Source: an uncultured Gammaproteobacteria bacterium (GTDB lineage Bacteria > Patescibacteriota > Microgenomatia > Levybacterales > UBA12049). From it: 64,000 nt of DNA. The DNA lies in contig CAYZZF010000002.1 in NCBI GenBank assembly GCA_964483115.1, positions 5,493 through 69,492 of the forward strand. The letters run 5' to 3'. This document shows positions 21,046 to 30,821 of this stretch, piece after piece; positions within the stretch are counted from its first letter, which is position 1, and the number at the start of each line of letters is the position of its first letter. The notes beneath the pieces were generated by a model, which was given only the letters and a program-made list of their open reading frames with translations, did no database searches and had not been told where the DNA came from. The position numbers and the translations under genes are program-made.

Positions 21046-21879
21046 ATGAAAAAAATAATTTTATACACAGTTCTAATCTTGATTGTTATAGTGGCCTTTT
21101 CGGGATTAGTATACCTTCTTAATCAAAAATCTGGTAAAGGAGCACTCCAAGTCACCTCAACTCCTCAAAGCAAAGTTTATTTGGATGGTAAGTTTATAGG
21201 GAATACTCCTCTTTGTAGATGCGGCGTATCGAACATGTTACCTATTGGTAATTATACTATTCAACTTTCCCCGGTTAAAGCTGATCTCAAGTCGTTTGAA
21301 GAAAAGATAACTATAAATAAGTCAACGCTTACTGTAGTTGATAGAAGTTTTGCTATTGGATCTGAATCTGCGGCAAGCATTATTACTCTTTCTCCACTTG
21401 GCGATAATAAAGAGATTGAACTTATGGTTATTTCTTTTCCGTCAAGATCAAATGTATTTTTAGACAATAGTCCTGTTGGTATTACGCCTCTTCTTTTGAA
21501 AAATATAACCCAATCAGACCATGACTTGAAGATAACTAAAGATGGATACATTGACAGATCAGTAAGAATAAGAACAACAGCTGGATTCGTGCTTAAGTCT
21601 ATAATTTACCTTGGCATAAATCCAAATATTTCAACTTCTTCATCGACATTTTCTCAACCAACTCCATCGGCTCCTTCTGTAACAAAAATATTAATTCTGG
21701 ATACTCCTACAGGATTTTTGAGAGTTAGAGAAAGTAGTTCGCTTGATTCTTTAGAAATAAACAGAGTTAAACCAGGAGAAACATTTGAACTAGTTGATGA
21801 AAAAGAAGGTTGGTTTGAAATAAAATTATCAAATGGAAAACTCGGTTGGATAAGTACGCAATATGCAAAAAAACAATAG
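21046..21879 (+). CDS. Membrane-anchored PEGA-domain / SH3b protein
   Basis: TM; two PEGA repeats (V.S.P..S.V.LD...G.TP); C-terminal LRVR...GWF.I....GWIS (SH3b). ATG at 21046 is preferred as start. Confidence 0.85.
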   Translation: MKKIILYTVLILIVIVAFSGLVYLLNQKSGKGALQVTSTPQSKVYLDGKFIGNTPLCRCGVSNMLPIGNYTIQLSPVKADLKSFEEKITINKSTLTVVDRSFAIGSESAASIITLSPLGDNKEIELMVISFPSRSNVFLDNSPVGITPLLLKNITQSDHDLKITKDGYIDRSVRIRTTAGFVLKSIIYLGINPNISTSSSTFSQPTPSAPSVTKILILDTPTGFLRVRESSSLDSLEINRVKPGETFELVDEKEGWFEIKLSNGKLGWISTQYAKKQ

Positions 21880-21880
21880 A

Positions 21881-22825
21881 TTAGGGAGCAATAAAGTATA
21901 CTATTGCAATGACTAAAATAACCCAAACAACGACGGTTGTAAGAAGCGGTCTATCCGAAAGTAAGACTTTTTCAGGACTTTCTCCTTCATGTTTTTCATA
22001 AACATCTTGGATATATCTCATTAGTCCATAAACCACAGGTACTATTGTAATCATTAGCCATTTTCTATATAAAAATGATGGAAGAAAATCCGGAAGAAAT
22101 ATACTAATTCCCAGTCTGAATCCTTTGGGATTTTCCAAAAACGTAAAAAGTGAATAGAATACAAAAGTTGATGTAGCAAATATTGAAGTATAAACATCAA
22201 GCAATCTTTCAGAATAATGAGATAGAGATCTTCGAACATCTGCAATACTAGCCCCTTTTATTTGAGAAACAAGGGTGAGTTCGGATTTTCTTTTGCCAGT
22301 AGCCAAAAACAGAGAAAGAGAAATGATAGTCAGCAAAAGCCAGACTGATATATGGAAACCACTTGCAAATTCACCAGCATACACTCTTAATATATAACCT
22401 GTAGATATAGCCAGAATATCTGCGACGGCAACCGACTTTAGGGAAAGAGAGTATAGAAATTGAATTAATAAAAATATCAAGATTACTATGAAAAACGCCG
22501 GCGTTACATAAATAAAGGACAGATAGAGAGATACAGCCATTAAAATAAGAGCTAAACTTATTGCAGGTATTGTTTTGACATCGCCGTGGGCTAACGGGCG
22601 AAATCTTTTGAACGGGTGAAGTCTATCGCTTCTTATATCAAAATAATCGTTAATAATATACGTTGCAGAAGATACTCCGCATAAAATAAAAAAACCGATT
22701 AGAACCTTTTCAAATACCGGTAAATAAAATAATTGTCCAGAAAAAGTTATAGCAGCAAAGATTGCTAAATTTTTTATCCATTGTCTAGGTCGTAAAAGTC
22801 TTAAAATATTATATATTGTTTTCAT
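21881..22825 (-). CDS. UbiA-family polyprenyl-phosphate phosphoribosyltransferase
   Basis: RPRQWIKNL, YIINDYFDIRSDRLHPFKRFRPLAHG, YS..LK, GYILR..AG, KRKSEL. Confidence 0.85.
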   Translation of the reverse strand: MKTIYNILRLLRPRQWIKNLAIFAAITFSGQLFYLPVFEKVLIGFFILCGVSSATYIINDYFDIRSDRLHPFKRFRPLAHGDVKTIPAISLALILMAVSLYLSFIYVTPAFFIVILIFLLIQFLYSLSLKSVAVADILAISTGYILRVYAGEFASGFHISVWLLLTIISLSLFLATGKRKSELTLVSQIKGASIADVRRSLSHYSERLLDVYTSIFATSTFVFYSLFTFLENPKGFRLGISIFLPDFLPSFLYRKWLMITIVPVVYGLMRYIQDVYEKHEGESPEKVLLSDRPLLTTVVVWVILVIAIVYFIAP

Positions 22826-23885
22826 TTTCAGTTTTTCTTAAAAATAAGTGTAGGAAGAGTAAGGCACCCCCTATCAAAATTATTATCATAATAACTGCAA
22901 AAAATTTTCCCTTGCTTGATAAGAACAAAGAAAGGGAGCCTAATATAGCAGAAATAAGCCAATAAAACAATGCAATTGTTCTTTGCGAAAAACCCATGTA
23001 CAAAAGTATGTGGTGGAGATGTTTTTTGTCATGCCAAAACGGAGACTTTCCTTCCAGAACTCTACGGATAATTGTAAATACTCCATCAATCATTGGTACT
23101 CCCATAACTAAAATTGCAGTAGCCAGCTTTGCGCTTGAGAGAATCGAGATAGTAGCCAACAAAAGATAAATTGCAGTCGCTCCATATCCTGGGAAAATCT
23201 TAGCAGGGTAAAAATTAAAAATTAAAAATCCCAACGCAGCTCCTGCGAGCATAAAAGAAAGTTTCGCGCTGATAAGATTTGTCTCATCAATTATGGGAAA
23301 ACGAAGGCTAAGAAGTCCTATTACAACAGCGGAAATTGCTACAATTCCTGGCATTTGTCCATCAACACCTTTACTCCAATTTAGCATATTCATAACCCAT
23401 ACAATCCATACAAGGGCAATAAGATCTGACAATACTAATATTGAATGATGTCCAAAAAAATCAAATGAGATACGGAAAATGTTTAGATAAAGAATTCCGC
23501 CAAATGGATTGGTTACAAAAGGTATTCCTACACCACTTCCGACAACAATGCCAGCTGATACTATATTTATAAAAAAACGCGCATAAGGAGATATGTCAAA
23601 TTTGTCATCCAAAACCCCAATTATAAGAGCAAGAAGAGAGGCTAAAAAAAGAGCGATTACAATTTTTGTCATAGGTAAAAATAAAATTCCCGAAGTTAAT
23701 ACTCCTATGAAAAGAGGAATTCCTCCTCCTCTTGGAACTGGTTTTTTGTGTATTACGGCAGGATGTTTATGAGAGAATGGGTCATCAACTACGCCTATCT
23801 TCTTAGCAATAACTAACCAAATGGGCGTTACAATCGCTGTGCTGACAAATGCCGTTACAAAAGGTAGGAATATTATATTTTGCAT
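22809..23885 (-). CDS. WecA/TagO-like undecaprenyl-phosphate GlcNAc-1-phosphate transferase (MraY family)
   Basis: H..P.PRGGG, GVLDD, N..N...G.DG, FNFYPAKIF, D..HLHH. Confidence 0.88.
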   Translation of the reverse strand: MQNIIFLPFVTAFVSTAIVTPIWLVIAKKIGVVDDPFSHKHPAVIHKKPVPRGGGIPLFIGVLTSGILFLPMTKIVIALFLASLLALIIGVLDDKFDISPYARFFINIVSAGIVVGSGVGIPFVTNPFGGILYLNIFRISFDFFGHHSILVLSDLIALVWIVWVMNMLNWSKGVDGQMPGIVAISAVVIGLLSLRFPIIDETNLISAKLSFMLAGAALGFLIFNFYPAKIFPGYGATAIYLLLATISILSSAKLATAILVMGVPMIDGVFTIIRRVLEGKSPFWHDKKHLHHILLYMGFSQRTIALFYWLISAILGSLSLFLSSKGKFFAVIMIIILIGGALLFLHLFLRKTENENNI

Positions 23886-23894
23886 GAGCCAATA

Positions 23895-24248
23895 TTAAAT
23901 TATCAAAGATATCGTCCTTAGGATAAAAAGAAAAGATAGAAAAGCAATAAGAAGGCTTGTTGTTGCAAGTATACGAGATAAAACCTGCATCTTTTTATAG
24001 ATAATTGATGAAATGACCATATTAATAATAGAGATAAAAAATGCTAAAGCTATAGGGATAAATATCATAATTGTTGTTCCAAGCCTGATGTTGCCCCAGG
24101 GAAGTTGGTTAAAAAGAGGAATAAAGGGAGGAAGAGAACTATAATAAAAAAGTATATAGACAACTGTAATAATAACTAAAATAAAAGATGTGGAAAATCC
24201 AGCCAAAATTACTTTGTCCTCTTTTGCATCCTTAAAAAATTCGTTCAT
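23895..24248 (-). CDS. Small membrane protein (3 TM; DUF1648-like)
   Basis: LPP.IPLF...PWG motif; operonic position. Confidence 0.65.
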   Translation of the reverse strand: MNEFFKDAKEDKVILAGFSTSFILVIITVVYILFYYSSLPPFIPLFNQLPWGNIRLGTTIMIFIPIALAFFISIINMVISSIIYKKMQVLSRILATTSLLIAFLSFLFILRTISLII

Positions 24249-25722
24249 AAATTACAGTATTGTCAATTCTTACGCCCCGGCCATAATTATAAAGAGAGAA
24301 AGGAATATTGCCTTGGTCAGGAAGCACCACAATAAATTTCACTTTTTTATCTAAGACAGCTTTTTGTGTATTTTTTATTCCATCTTTATAACCTGTTATG
24401 TGGTAAGCTACTGCATATTTCCCGGGAGGGAGCTTATTGGATAGCGTGTATATTTGAGCATTGTTTCCCCAGACAAATATTGTATCTTTATTAGTTGTTC
24501 TCATTTTGATAAATTGTGCAATTTCATAATCTACAGCCGTTTGTCTATCAAAAAACGCCTGATAGGAGGAAACGGTTTTTTTACCCATGATAAATGATAA
24601 AAAATTCTGATAGTAGAAGATTGTTTTACCATAAAAGTTAAAATCTTTAACAATAAATAAAAGAAAAATTATAAAAATTGAAGCATTTATCAATTGATAT
24701 TTCTTGTCCCAAAAAAGTAAACCTAAAAGCAATATAAAACTTGGCAGAAGTACTAAAAGATAATGTGTATAGGGCCGTTGGGCAAAGTAGGCATTAAAAA
24801 GAGAGAATGAAAACCAAAGGAGTATAAAAAGAGTAGTTTTTGAAAATTTATTTCTTTTTGTAAATAAGAAAATAGTAAACAGAATTAGCAAGAATAACTT
24901 AAAGAATAGAAATCCCTGAGGAATAAAAAATTTATTTCCATATCCTACATATGACACATTTTGGAGAAATGTTGCCTGAAGGAACTCTTTAAATGCCCCG
25001 GCAGTTAGGAAAAATAATATTGATATTAATATCGGAATCAAAAACCCTATTACAAAAATCAATAGTGGTTGCAGAAGATTATCAAAATTTTTCCTAATCA
25101 ATGAGCTTTTAAGGGAAACCTTGACTGGCAGGTTTATAAATAAAATAAATAGGAAGAAAGCTGCAAAATCAAAAACTGCAACAACCTTAAAAAGAAAAGC
25201 TACTCCAAGAAGAAGACCAGAAAAAAAAAGAATTCCCTGCTTTTTTGCTGGAATTATGTCAAAGATAAAAAAAGCGGCAAAAAGTATTGGGAAGAGTATG
25301 AAATTTTCTGCATTTGCAATGTTCCCTTCAAGAAGCGGTAGTCCAAAAAGGACTGCAAAAAGTAAAGTAGTAATAAATACTATATTTTGTCCACTTTGTT
25401 TGTTTTGAAAAAGTTTTTTTACAAGAACAAAAAAAACAATTATTGCCAAAATTCCAAAAATAATAGAAACAAACCGCAGAGCAAATTGGTCAGAATTAAA
25501 AAGAGCATACAGTAAATAAAGCAGAGGCGGCTTGTTGTCCCAAATATCTCTATAAAGAAGTCTTCCATTACGGAGTGCAATACCTAGTACTTGATAGATT
25601 CCTTCATCGCCATACCAATACGGTTCAAAAAGAGAGGGAAGACGAAGGAGAAAAAAAACAAAAGACGCTAGTAGAAGAAACCAAACATCTTTACTCTTTT
25701 CAGCTTTGGCAATAAGCCTCAT
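24232..25722 (-). CDS. GT-C fold glycosyltransferase (GT39/83-like)
   Basis: DEGIY, LYRDIWDNKPP, N.E, HY, IFVWG; many TM helices. Confidence 0.82.
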   Translation of the reverse strand: MRLIAKAEKSKDVWFLLLASFVFFLLRLPSLFEPYWYGDEGIYQVLGIALRNGRLLYRDIWDNKPPLLYLLYALFNSDQFALRFVSIIFGILAIIVFFVLVKKLFQNKQSGQNIVFITTLLFAVLFGLPLLEGNIANAENFILFPILFAAFFIFDIIPAKKQGILFFSGLLLGVAFLFKVVAVFDFAAFFLFILFINLPVKVSLKSSLIRKNFDNLLQPLLIFVIGFLIPILISILFFLTAGAFKEFLQATFLQNVSYVGYGNKFFIPQGFLFFKLFLLILFTIFLFTKRNKFSKTTLFILLWFSFSLFNAYFAQRPYTHYLLVLLPSFILLLGLLFWDKKYQLINASIFIIFLLFIVKDFNFYGKTIFYYQNFLSFIMGKKTVSSYQAFFDRQTAVDYEIAQFIKMRTTNKDTIFVWGNNAQIYTLSNKLPPGKYAVAYHITGYKDGIKNTQKAVLDKKVKFIVVLPDQGNIPFSLYNYGRGVRIDNTVIYERIF

Positions 25723-27221
25723 ATCTTTTCTGTAACTTTGTATTCAAGTCTTTTTCCAAGCATAAGTTGAGTATGAGAAATAAGAGCAGGAAGTGTTGAT
25801 AGAAAAAATCCAACAATTGGCAGAAGCACGAATTCAAGAGGAAATAAAAATTCCCTTGCCTTACCCAGAAACATGTTGCGAGGCCTATTTCTAAAATCAA
25901 TAATAACCATTACTAAAAGTGCAAAAAGACAAGAAGTTAAAATAGCAGCAGCAATGCCTGGAAGTCTGTATCCAAGAGCTGTTCTTGAGAAAGCAGGATT
26001 TATAAAAGGTATGATATTTGCTGCAATAGTTATTATAAACCAGTTTACAGGCCAAAGGAAATGATCTAAGAGTACATTATATAGCATAACAGTTTTTCTA
26101 ATAAAAGGCACGTTGGGTATTGTAAGCCACCACTTTATAAATAAGGGGTCATCAGATACGCCCCATGACCAGCGTCTTTCCTGATCATATTTGTTTTTGA
26201 GACTTTTTAGGAATGTTGAAGAAAGAGGAGCATCCATTGATGTTTTTAGAAAAATTGGTTCAACCCAAGCATTTCCAGCGAGTCTAAAAAAGGCTTTAAA
26301 AAAAATTCTGTAATCCTCAGGGATTACATCTGTATCCCAAAAGTCGATTCTCTTTAAAAGTCTAAAAGAGAGAGAATAAGTTGAATTCGCAACAAGTTTA
26401 TCTTTTTGTACAAGAACAGCCATTCGCCAAACGCTTCCGAAAAATGCGATAATTCTTGTTGGTGCTGGTATTTTCCAGAAATTATTATAATTAACGTTTG
26501 CTGACTGCCAAAATTTATTGTATGGTTTAGAATCAGTTAGAAATTTATAAGATAGATAGGAAAAATATTGTTTATCAAAAATTGAATCTGCATCAACAGA
26601 AGACACAGTTGCGTAATCTATATCTATAATTCCTTTTTGAATCAGTTCTTTATATGCCATTTTTCCTGCGTATGCCTCATTTGATGATTTACCTTTTACT
26701 TCTCCTGAAATGTCAGGATGATAAGTAGCAAGCATTTGTCCAAAAACCTTTTCAAAATCTTTGATTAGGATATCTGCTTTCTCCTTTGCATCTTTTTCTC
26801 TTTGTTCCATGGCCAATACTATATAGATTCTTTTTGTGGGGAAGGTTTGGCCTGCTATTGATTTGATAGTTTCTCTTAATTTTTCTACCTTTTCTTTATA
26901 ATTTGGAAGAATAACAACATGAGAAAGTTTTTTAAACCCTTCAACTGCAGAGGACTCTTGAAACCAATCCTTTTTTTCGGCTTTTTTTATTTTATTAGAT
27001 GCAATAATTGCGGTGGCCGCAAGAAAGAATGATTTGTAAAACCAATAAACATCAAAAAATAGTATAAAATATGCAACAAAAAAAGGAATAACCAAAGAAC
27101 CCCAAATAGGAAATAAAATAAGCATCCAGGAAAAAAAGCCCGGCAGTATTTCCAAAAACCGCCTCGTTTTTACCGGATAGCGGATAAAAATTCTATTAAA
27201 AAAATCACTCATAAAGATCAA
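25719..27221 (-). CDS. Membrane-embedded GT2 glycosyltransferase
   Basis: LP.YKE, KGKSSN, VDAD, PED, QERRW (QxxRW) with flanking TM helices. Confidence 0.88.
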   Translation of the reverse strand: MIFMSDFFNRIFIRYPVKTRRFLEILPGFFSWMLILFPIWGSLVIPFFVAYFILFFDVYWFYKSFFLAATAIIASNKIKKAEKKDWFQESSAVEGFKKLSHVVILPNYKEKVEKLRETIKSIAGQTFPTKRIYIVLAMEQREKDAKEKADILIKDFEKVFGQMLATYHPDISGEVKGKSSNEAYAGKMAYKELIQKGIIDIDYATVSSVDADSIFDKQYFSYLSYKFLTDSKPYNKFWQSANVNYNNFWKIPAPTRIIAFFGSVWRMAVLVQKDKLVANSTYSLSFRLLKRIDFWDTDVIPEDYRIFFKAFFRLAGNAWVEPIFLKTSMDAPLSSTFLKSLKNKYDQERRWSWGVSDDPLFIKWWLTIPNVPFIRKTVMLYNVLLDHFLWPVNWFIITIAANIIPFINPAFSRTALGYRLPGIAAAILTSCLFALLVMVIIDFRNRPRNMFLGKAREFLFPLEFVLLPIVGFFLSTLPALISHTQLMLGKRLEYKVTEKI

Positions 27222-28027
27222 TCTCTTTTCAAATCGAGTCTAAAAATATTATTAACGTTTTCTGTTGTTTTTTCAATGGCCTTTTTAAATGAGACACCTT
27301 TAATTTTAGAGAGAAAGTTCCCAACAATTATAACATAACTTGGTATATTTCTACTACCCCGATGGGGCACTGGAGCTAGAAATGGACTATCAGTCTCGGC
27401 AACAATTCTATCGATTGGAGCGTATTTGACAAGCTCAGAAAGCGCAGTATCTTCACCTGGAGATAAACCTTTATAAGTAATATTTCCGTCAAATCCTACA
27501 TAAAATCCAAGTTCAAGTATCTTTTTAAGAAAATCAGTATTTCCGGACATACAGTGAAACATTCCCGGAGGATTTAATAAGAGTGATTTATGAGCATTTA
27601 AAATTTCAATAATTTTTTTTCCAGCTTGGCGATTATGGATCTGAAGCGGAAGTTTTAATTTATTTGAAAGTTCAATTTGTTTGACAAAAACTCTTTCCTG
27701 AAGTTCTGGTTCAACAATAGCATTAGATTTATAGCTATAAAAATCCATTCCGCATTCTCCAATTCCTACAACTTTTCGGTTTTTTGCCATTTTTTCAAGC
27801 TCTTTGTCCCAATCCTTTTCTAATTTATCGGCATGATGAGGATGGATTCCGATAATTGCATACAAGTTTCCATATTTTTCCGCTAGATCAATTGCTTTTT
27901 GGCTTGAATCAATCTTGGTTCCAACATTTATAATCTTCGTAACCCCGTCCTCAAAAGCTTTCTTAATGACCTCATCAAAATCTTTCTCAAAAGCTTTAAA
28001 ATTCAAATGACAATGTACATCAACCAT
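27218..28027 (-). CDS. tatD: TatD family hydrolase/DNase
   Basis: D.HCHL, GIHPH, GECGMDF, IHNR, FHC, ETDSPFL. Confidence 0.93.
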   Translation of the reverse strand: MVDVHCHLNFKAFEKDFDEVIKKAFEDGVTKIINVGTKIDSSQKAIDLAEKYGNLYAIIGIHPHHADKLEKDWDKELEKMAKNRKVVGIGECGMDFYSYKSNAIVEPELQERVFVKQIELSNKLKLPLQIHNRQAGKKIIEILNAHKSLLLNPPGMFHCMSGNTDFLKKILELGFYVGFDGNITYKGLSPGEDTALSELVKYAPIDRIVAETDSPFLAPVPHRGSRNIPSYVIIVGNFLSKIKGVSFKKAIEKTTENVNNIFRLDLKRD

Positions 28028-28084
28028 ATTTCAAGATTTACAAGATATAGTATAAATTCCCCTCTGATATAATGCAATTATTTT

Positions 28085-28590
28085 ATTATTAAAACGGGAA
28101 CGTTTACTCTGCGGCCATTCAAAAATGGTGATAACCCATCTCTTATTAAAAATATTAATAATAAAAAAATATATAAACCTACCTTGAATATTCCATACCC
28201 CTATACTATTAAAGATGCAAAGGACTGGATTAATAAAAATAAAAAATACATCAGAGACAATTCTTTAAAAGCGGTAAATTTTACAATTGACATTAAAGGA
28301 AAAGTGGCTGGCGGTATTGGTATTTCTAAGACAGAAAATAGTGAAGGAGAATGTTATTGGTTAGGTGAAGACTATTGGGGCAGGGGAACAATGTCGGAAG
28401 CGTAAGAGTTATGACAGATCGTGTTTTAAAAAACTCAAATTGAAGAGAATTTATGCATATGTTTTTTCTTTCAATAAAGCTTCAATGAAAGTATTGGAAT
28501 AAAATGGATATAAACTTGAGTAAATTTTGAAGGGAAATCTCTTAAAAGACGGAGGAAAAACTCGACGATTATAAATTCTCAAAGATTGCT
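28085..28590 (+). pseudogene. RimJ/RimL-type GNAT acetyltransferase pseudogene
   Basis: IIKTGTFTLRPF...IPYPYT...YWLGEDYWGRGTMSEA, then frameshifts to LKRIYAYVFSFNKASMKVLE*NGYKLE*; no in-frame ATG at the 5' end and two internal TAA. Confidence 0.8.
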
Positions 28591-28595
28591 CAAAA

Positions 28596-30044
28596 TTAAA
28601 TTCTTGGGAAAAGAGGTGGTTTGGAAATTATTTTTGGGCCTTTGAATTGTTCTTCGATTTTTTTGGCCGTTTCGGGCAAGAATGGTTCCAAAAGTCCTGC
28701 AATCTCCTGGATCTGATCTACACTATGAGCAAGAATATCTCTAATTTTTGATTCTCTATTTTGTATCAAAAGCCACGGTTTCTCATCGTTTATGAATTTA
28801 TCAAGATTTGCTATCTTTGTCCATATAAAAGAAAGAGCGTCATTGAATCGAAATTCTGAGATTGCCCGCGAATAATCTTCAATTGAAATAACATGACTTG
28901 AAGTTCCATCAGGTGAGCCCATTTGAATATAGTTTCCTGTTTCACAGAGTTTTGCAACACGAGAAATAAGATTTCCTAGTCCATTTGCCAAGTCTGCGTT
29001 ACAGGATTTTACAAATTTATCTTCCGAATAATCCCCGTCTGCAAACGGCGATATGTAGCGCAGAAGATAGTAACGAAGTGCCTCCGCTCCATATTTTTTA
29101 ATTAGGTCCAAAGGGTCTATTACATTGCCTAGGGTTTTTGACATTTTTTGTTCGTTGACTGTTATGTATTCATGGACAAATATATTTTTTGGCAGTGCAA
29201 GACTAGCAGAGAGAAGAAAAGCTGGCCAATAAATAGCATGAAACCTTAGAATTCCTTTACCGATTACATGCAAATCTGCTGGCCACCATTTATTATATTT
29301 TTTCTCATTCTGTCCAAAACCAACTCCGCTTTGGTAAATATTTAAGGCATCAAACCAAACATACATTTTTTGCGAAGAGTCATTTGGGACAGAAACCCCC
29401 CAGTTTTTAGCTCTTTTATTTGATCTTGAAATACTTATATCAGAAAGCCCCTGTTTAATAAATGAAAGCATCTCGTTTTTGCGGTTTTGCGGTATTATTT
29501 GTATTTCGTCAGATTTTATAAGCTTTTCTATTTGAGACTGATACTTTGAAAGTTTAAAAAAATAATTTTCCTCAGATACCTCTTCGAGTTTTTTCCCCGG
29601 GTGTTCAAAACATTCTCCTTTCTCATTCAATTCGCTTTTTTCATAAAACAATTCACAGCCAATACAATAAAGTCCTGTGTATTTCTTTTTATAAATATCT
29701 TTACTGCATAATTCCCATAACTTTTGTGAGGCAGAATGATGTTTTGGATCGCTTCCTCTTTGAAAAACATCAAACTGCACATTTAGCTTTTTAGCAAGCT
29801 CTTTAAAAAGTTTGCTGTTTTTGTCAACTAATTCCTGGACTGGAATTTTTTCCTCCTCGGCCGCCTGAACATTTTTTAAAGCATTTTCATCAGAGCCGCA
29901 TAAAAGAAGAACATCTTCTCCAATTTGCCGATGATATCTGGCAATTACATCAGACTCCACAAACTCAAGTGCGTGTCCGATATGAGGTTTAGCATTAACA
30001 TAAGGAATCGCATTGGTAATATAAAATTTATTAGCTTTTGCCAT
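28596..30044 (-). CDS. metG: Methionine--tRNA ligase (short form)
   Basis: YVNAKPHIGH (HIGH), YVWFDAL, IGKGILRFH..YWPA, KMSKT. Confidence 0.96.
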   Translation of the reverse strand: MAKANKFYITNAIPYVNAKPHIGHALEFVESDVIARYHRQIGEDVLLLCGSDENALKNVQAAEEEKIPVQELVDKNSKLFKELAKKLNVQFDVFQRGSDPKHHSASQKLWELCSKDIYKKKYTGLYCIGCELFYEKSELNEKGECFEHPGKKLEEVSEENYFFKLSKYQSQIEKLIKSDEIQIIPQNRKNEMLSFIKQGLSDISISRSNKRAKNWGVSVPNDSSQKMYVWFDALNIYQSGVGFGQNEKKYNKWWPADLHVIGKGILRFHAIYWPAFLLSASLALPKNIFVHEYITVNEQKMSKTLGNVIDPLDLIKKYGAEALRYYLLRYISPFADGDYSEDKFVKSCNADLANGLGNLISRVAKLCETGNYIQMGSPDGTSSHVISIEDYSRAISEFRFNDALSFIWTKIANLDKFINDEKPWLLIQNRESKIRDILAHSVDQIQEIAGLLEPFLPETAKKIEEQFKGPKIISKPPLFPRI

Positions 30045-30088
30045 GAGGTAATTCTATCAGAGAAAAAAGAGTGCGACAAGAATTTATA

Positions 30089-30424
30089 TTATTTTTTGTA
30101 ACTGAAGAAGAGTTCAAGTGTAAGAAATAATATTAAAAGAATTATCAGAAAGAAAATATGAGTTAGATAAAAAAATCTAAGAAGTAAATAGATTACGACG
30201 AATAGACCCACAAAGAGTCCTCGTCGGAAGTTGCTTAAAATGTAAGAAAAAAGAGAAAAGAGAAATAGAAAGATAGCAATAAAAAAGATTGGAAGGATAG
30301 GAAATTGAAAATTGAAAGTTGAAAGTCGAAAGTTTGGCGCAAGGGATACTATTATAGATGCGAGAATAGCTAAGAACAAAAAGCTAATAACTAAAAGCCA
30401 AACTGGTCTTTTCCTGTTTCTCAT
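30089..30424 (-). CDS. Small polytopic membrane protein
   Basis: About 4 hydrophobic segments; own -10 box 6 nt upstream of the ATG. Confidence 0.7.
   Translation of the reverse strand: MRNRKRPVWLLVISFLFLAILASIIVSLAPNFRLSTFNFQFPILPIFFIAIFLFLFSLFSYILSNFRRGLFVGLFVVIYLLLRFFYLTHIFFLIILLILFLTLELFFSYKK
30300..30334. repeat. Five-unit heptamer tandem array, in-frame
   Basis: ggaaatt gaaaatt gaaagtt gaaagtc gaaagtt, encoding NFRLSTFNFQFP. Confidence 0.75.
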
Positions 30425-30627
30425 AAAATTAGTTTAGCATAATTTTTCTTCTTCTTTTCTGTCAAGAAAAGAAGCAAAAGCTCTCACAAGTCTTGTCTTG
30501 TGCTCTCAAAGTTTCGTTCACACCTCCTCTGCAATATCACGCCCCCTTTTTTACGTATTCACTCAACTTCTCGTGCATTCGACATGCGGATTGGCGACTT
30601 TATATATAAATAAAAAAATTTTGGGGC

Positions 30628-30656
30628 TTGACAGAGATTAGCAGTCGTGTTATATT
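30628..30656 (+). promoter_or_regulatory. Sigma70-type promoter of the hrcA-grpE-dnaK operon
   Basis: TTGACA (30628-30633), 17-nt spacer, TATATT (30651-30656) preceded by TGT. Confidence 0.75.
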
Positions 30657-30664
30657 ACTGCTAA
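30638..30664. promoter_or_regulatory. CIRCE element (HrcA operator), variant
   Basis: TTAGCAGTC-N9-TACTGCTAA overlapping the promoter. Confidence 0.85.
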
Positions 30665-30666
30665 TC

Positions 30667-30814
30667 CAACCCCGATTAAATCGGGATTGCAAACAACAAA
30701 TTCCAAATTACAAATCTAAAGTAAATTCAAAATTTCAATATCGAAATGTTTTGAATTATGAAAATTTGAAATTAAGTATTATTTAGGATTTGCTGCTTTG
30801 AAATTGGAATTTTT
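30667..30814. mobile_element. Heptamer-periodic inverted-repeat (MITE-like) element, copy 1
   Basis: A-rich arm then T-rich arm; 64 nt (30736-30799) match 52269-52332 at 56/64; preceded by hairpin cccgatt-a-aatcggg. Confidence 0.7.
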
Positions 30815-30821
30815 AAGAAAT

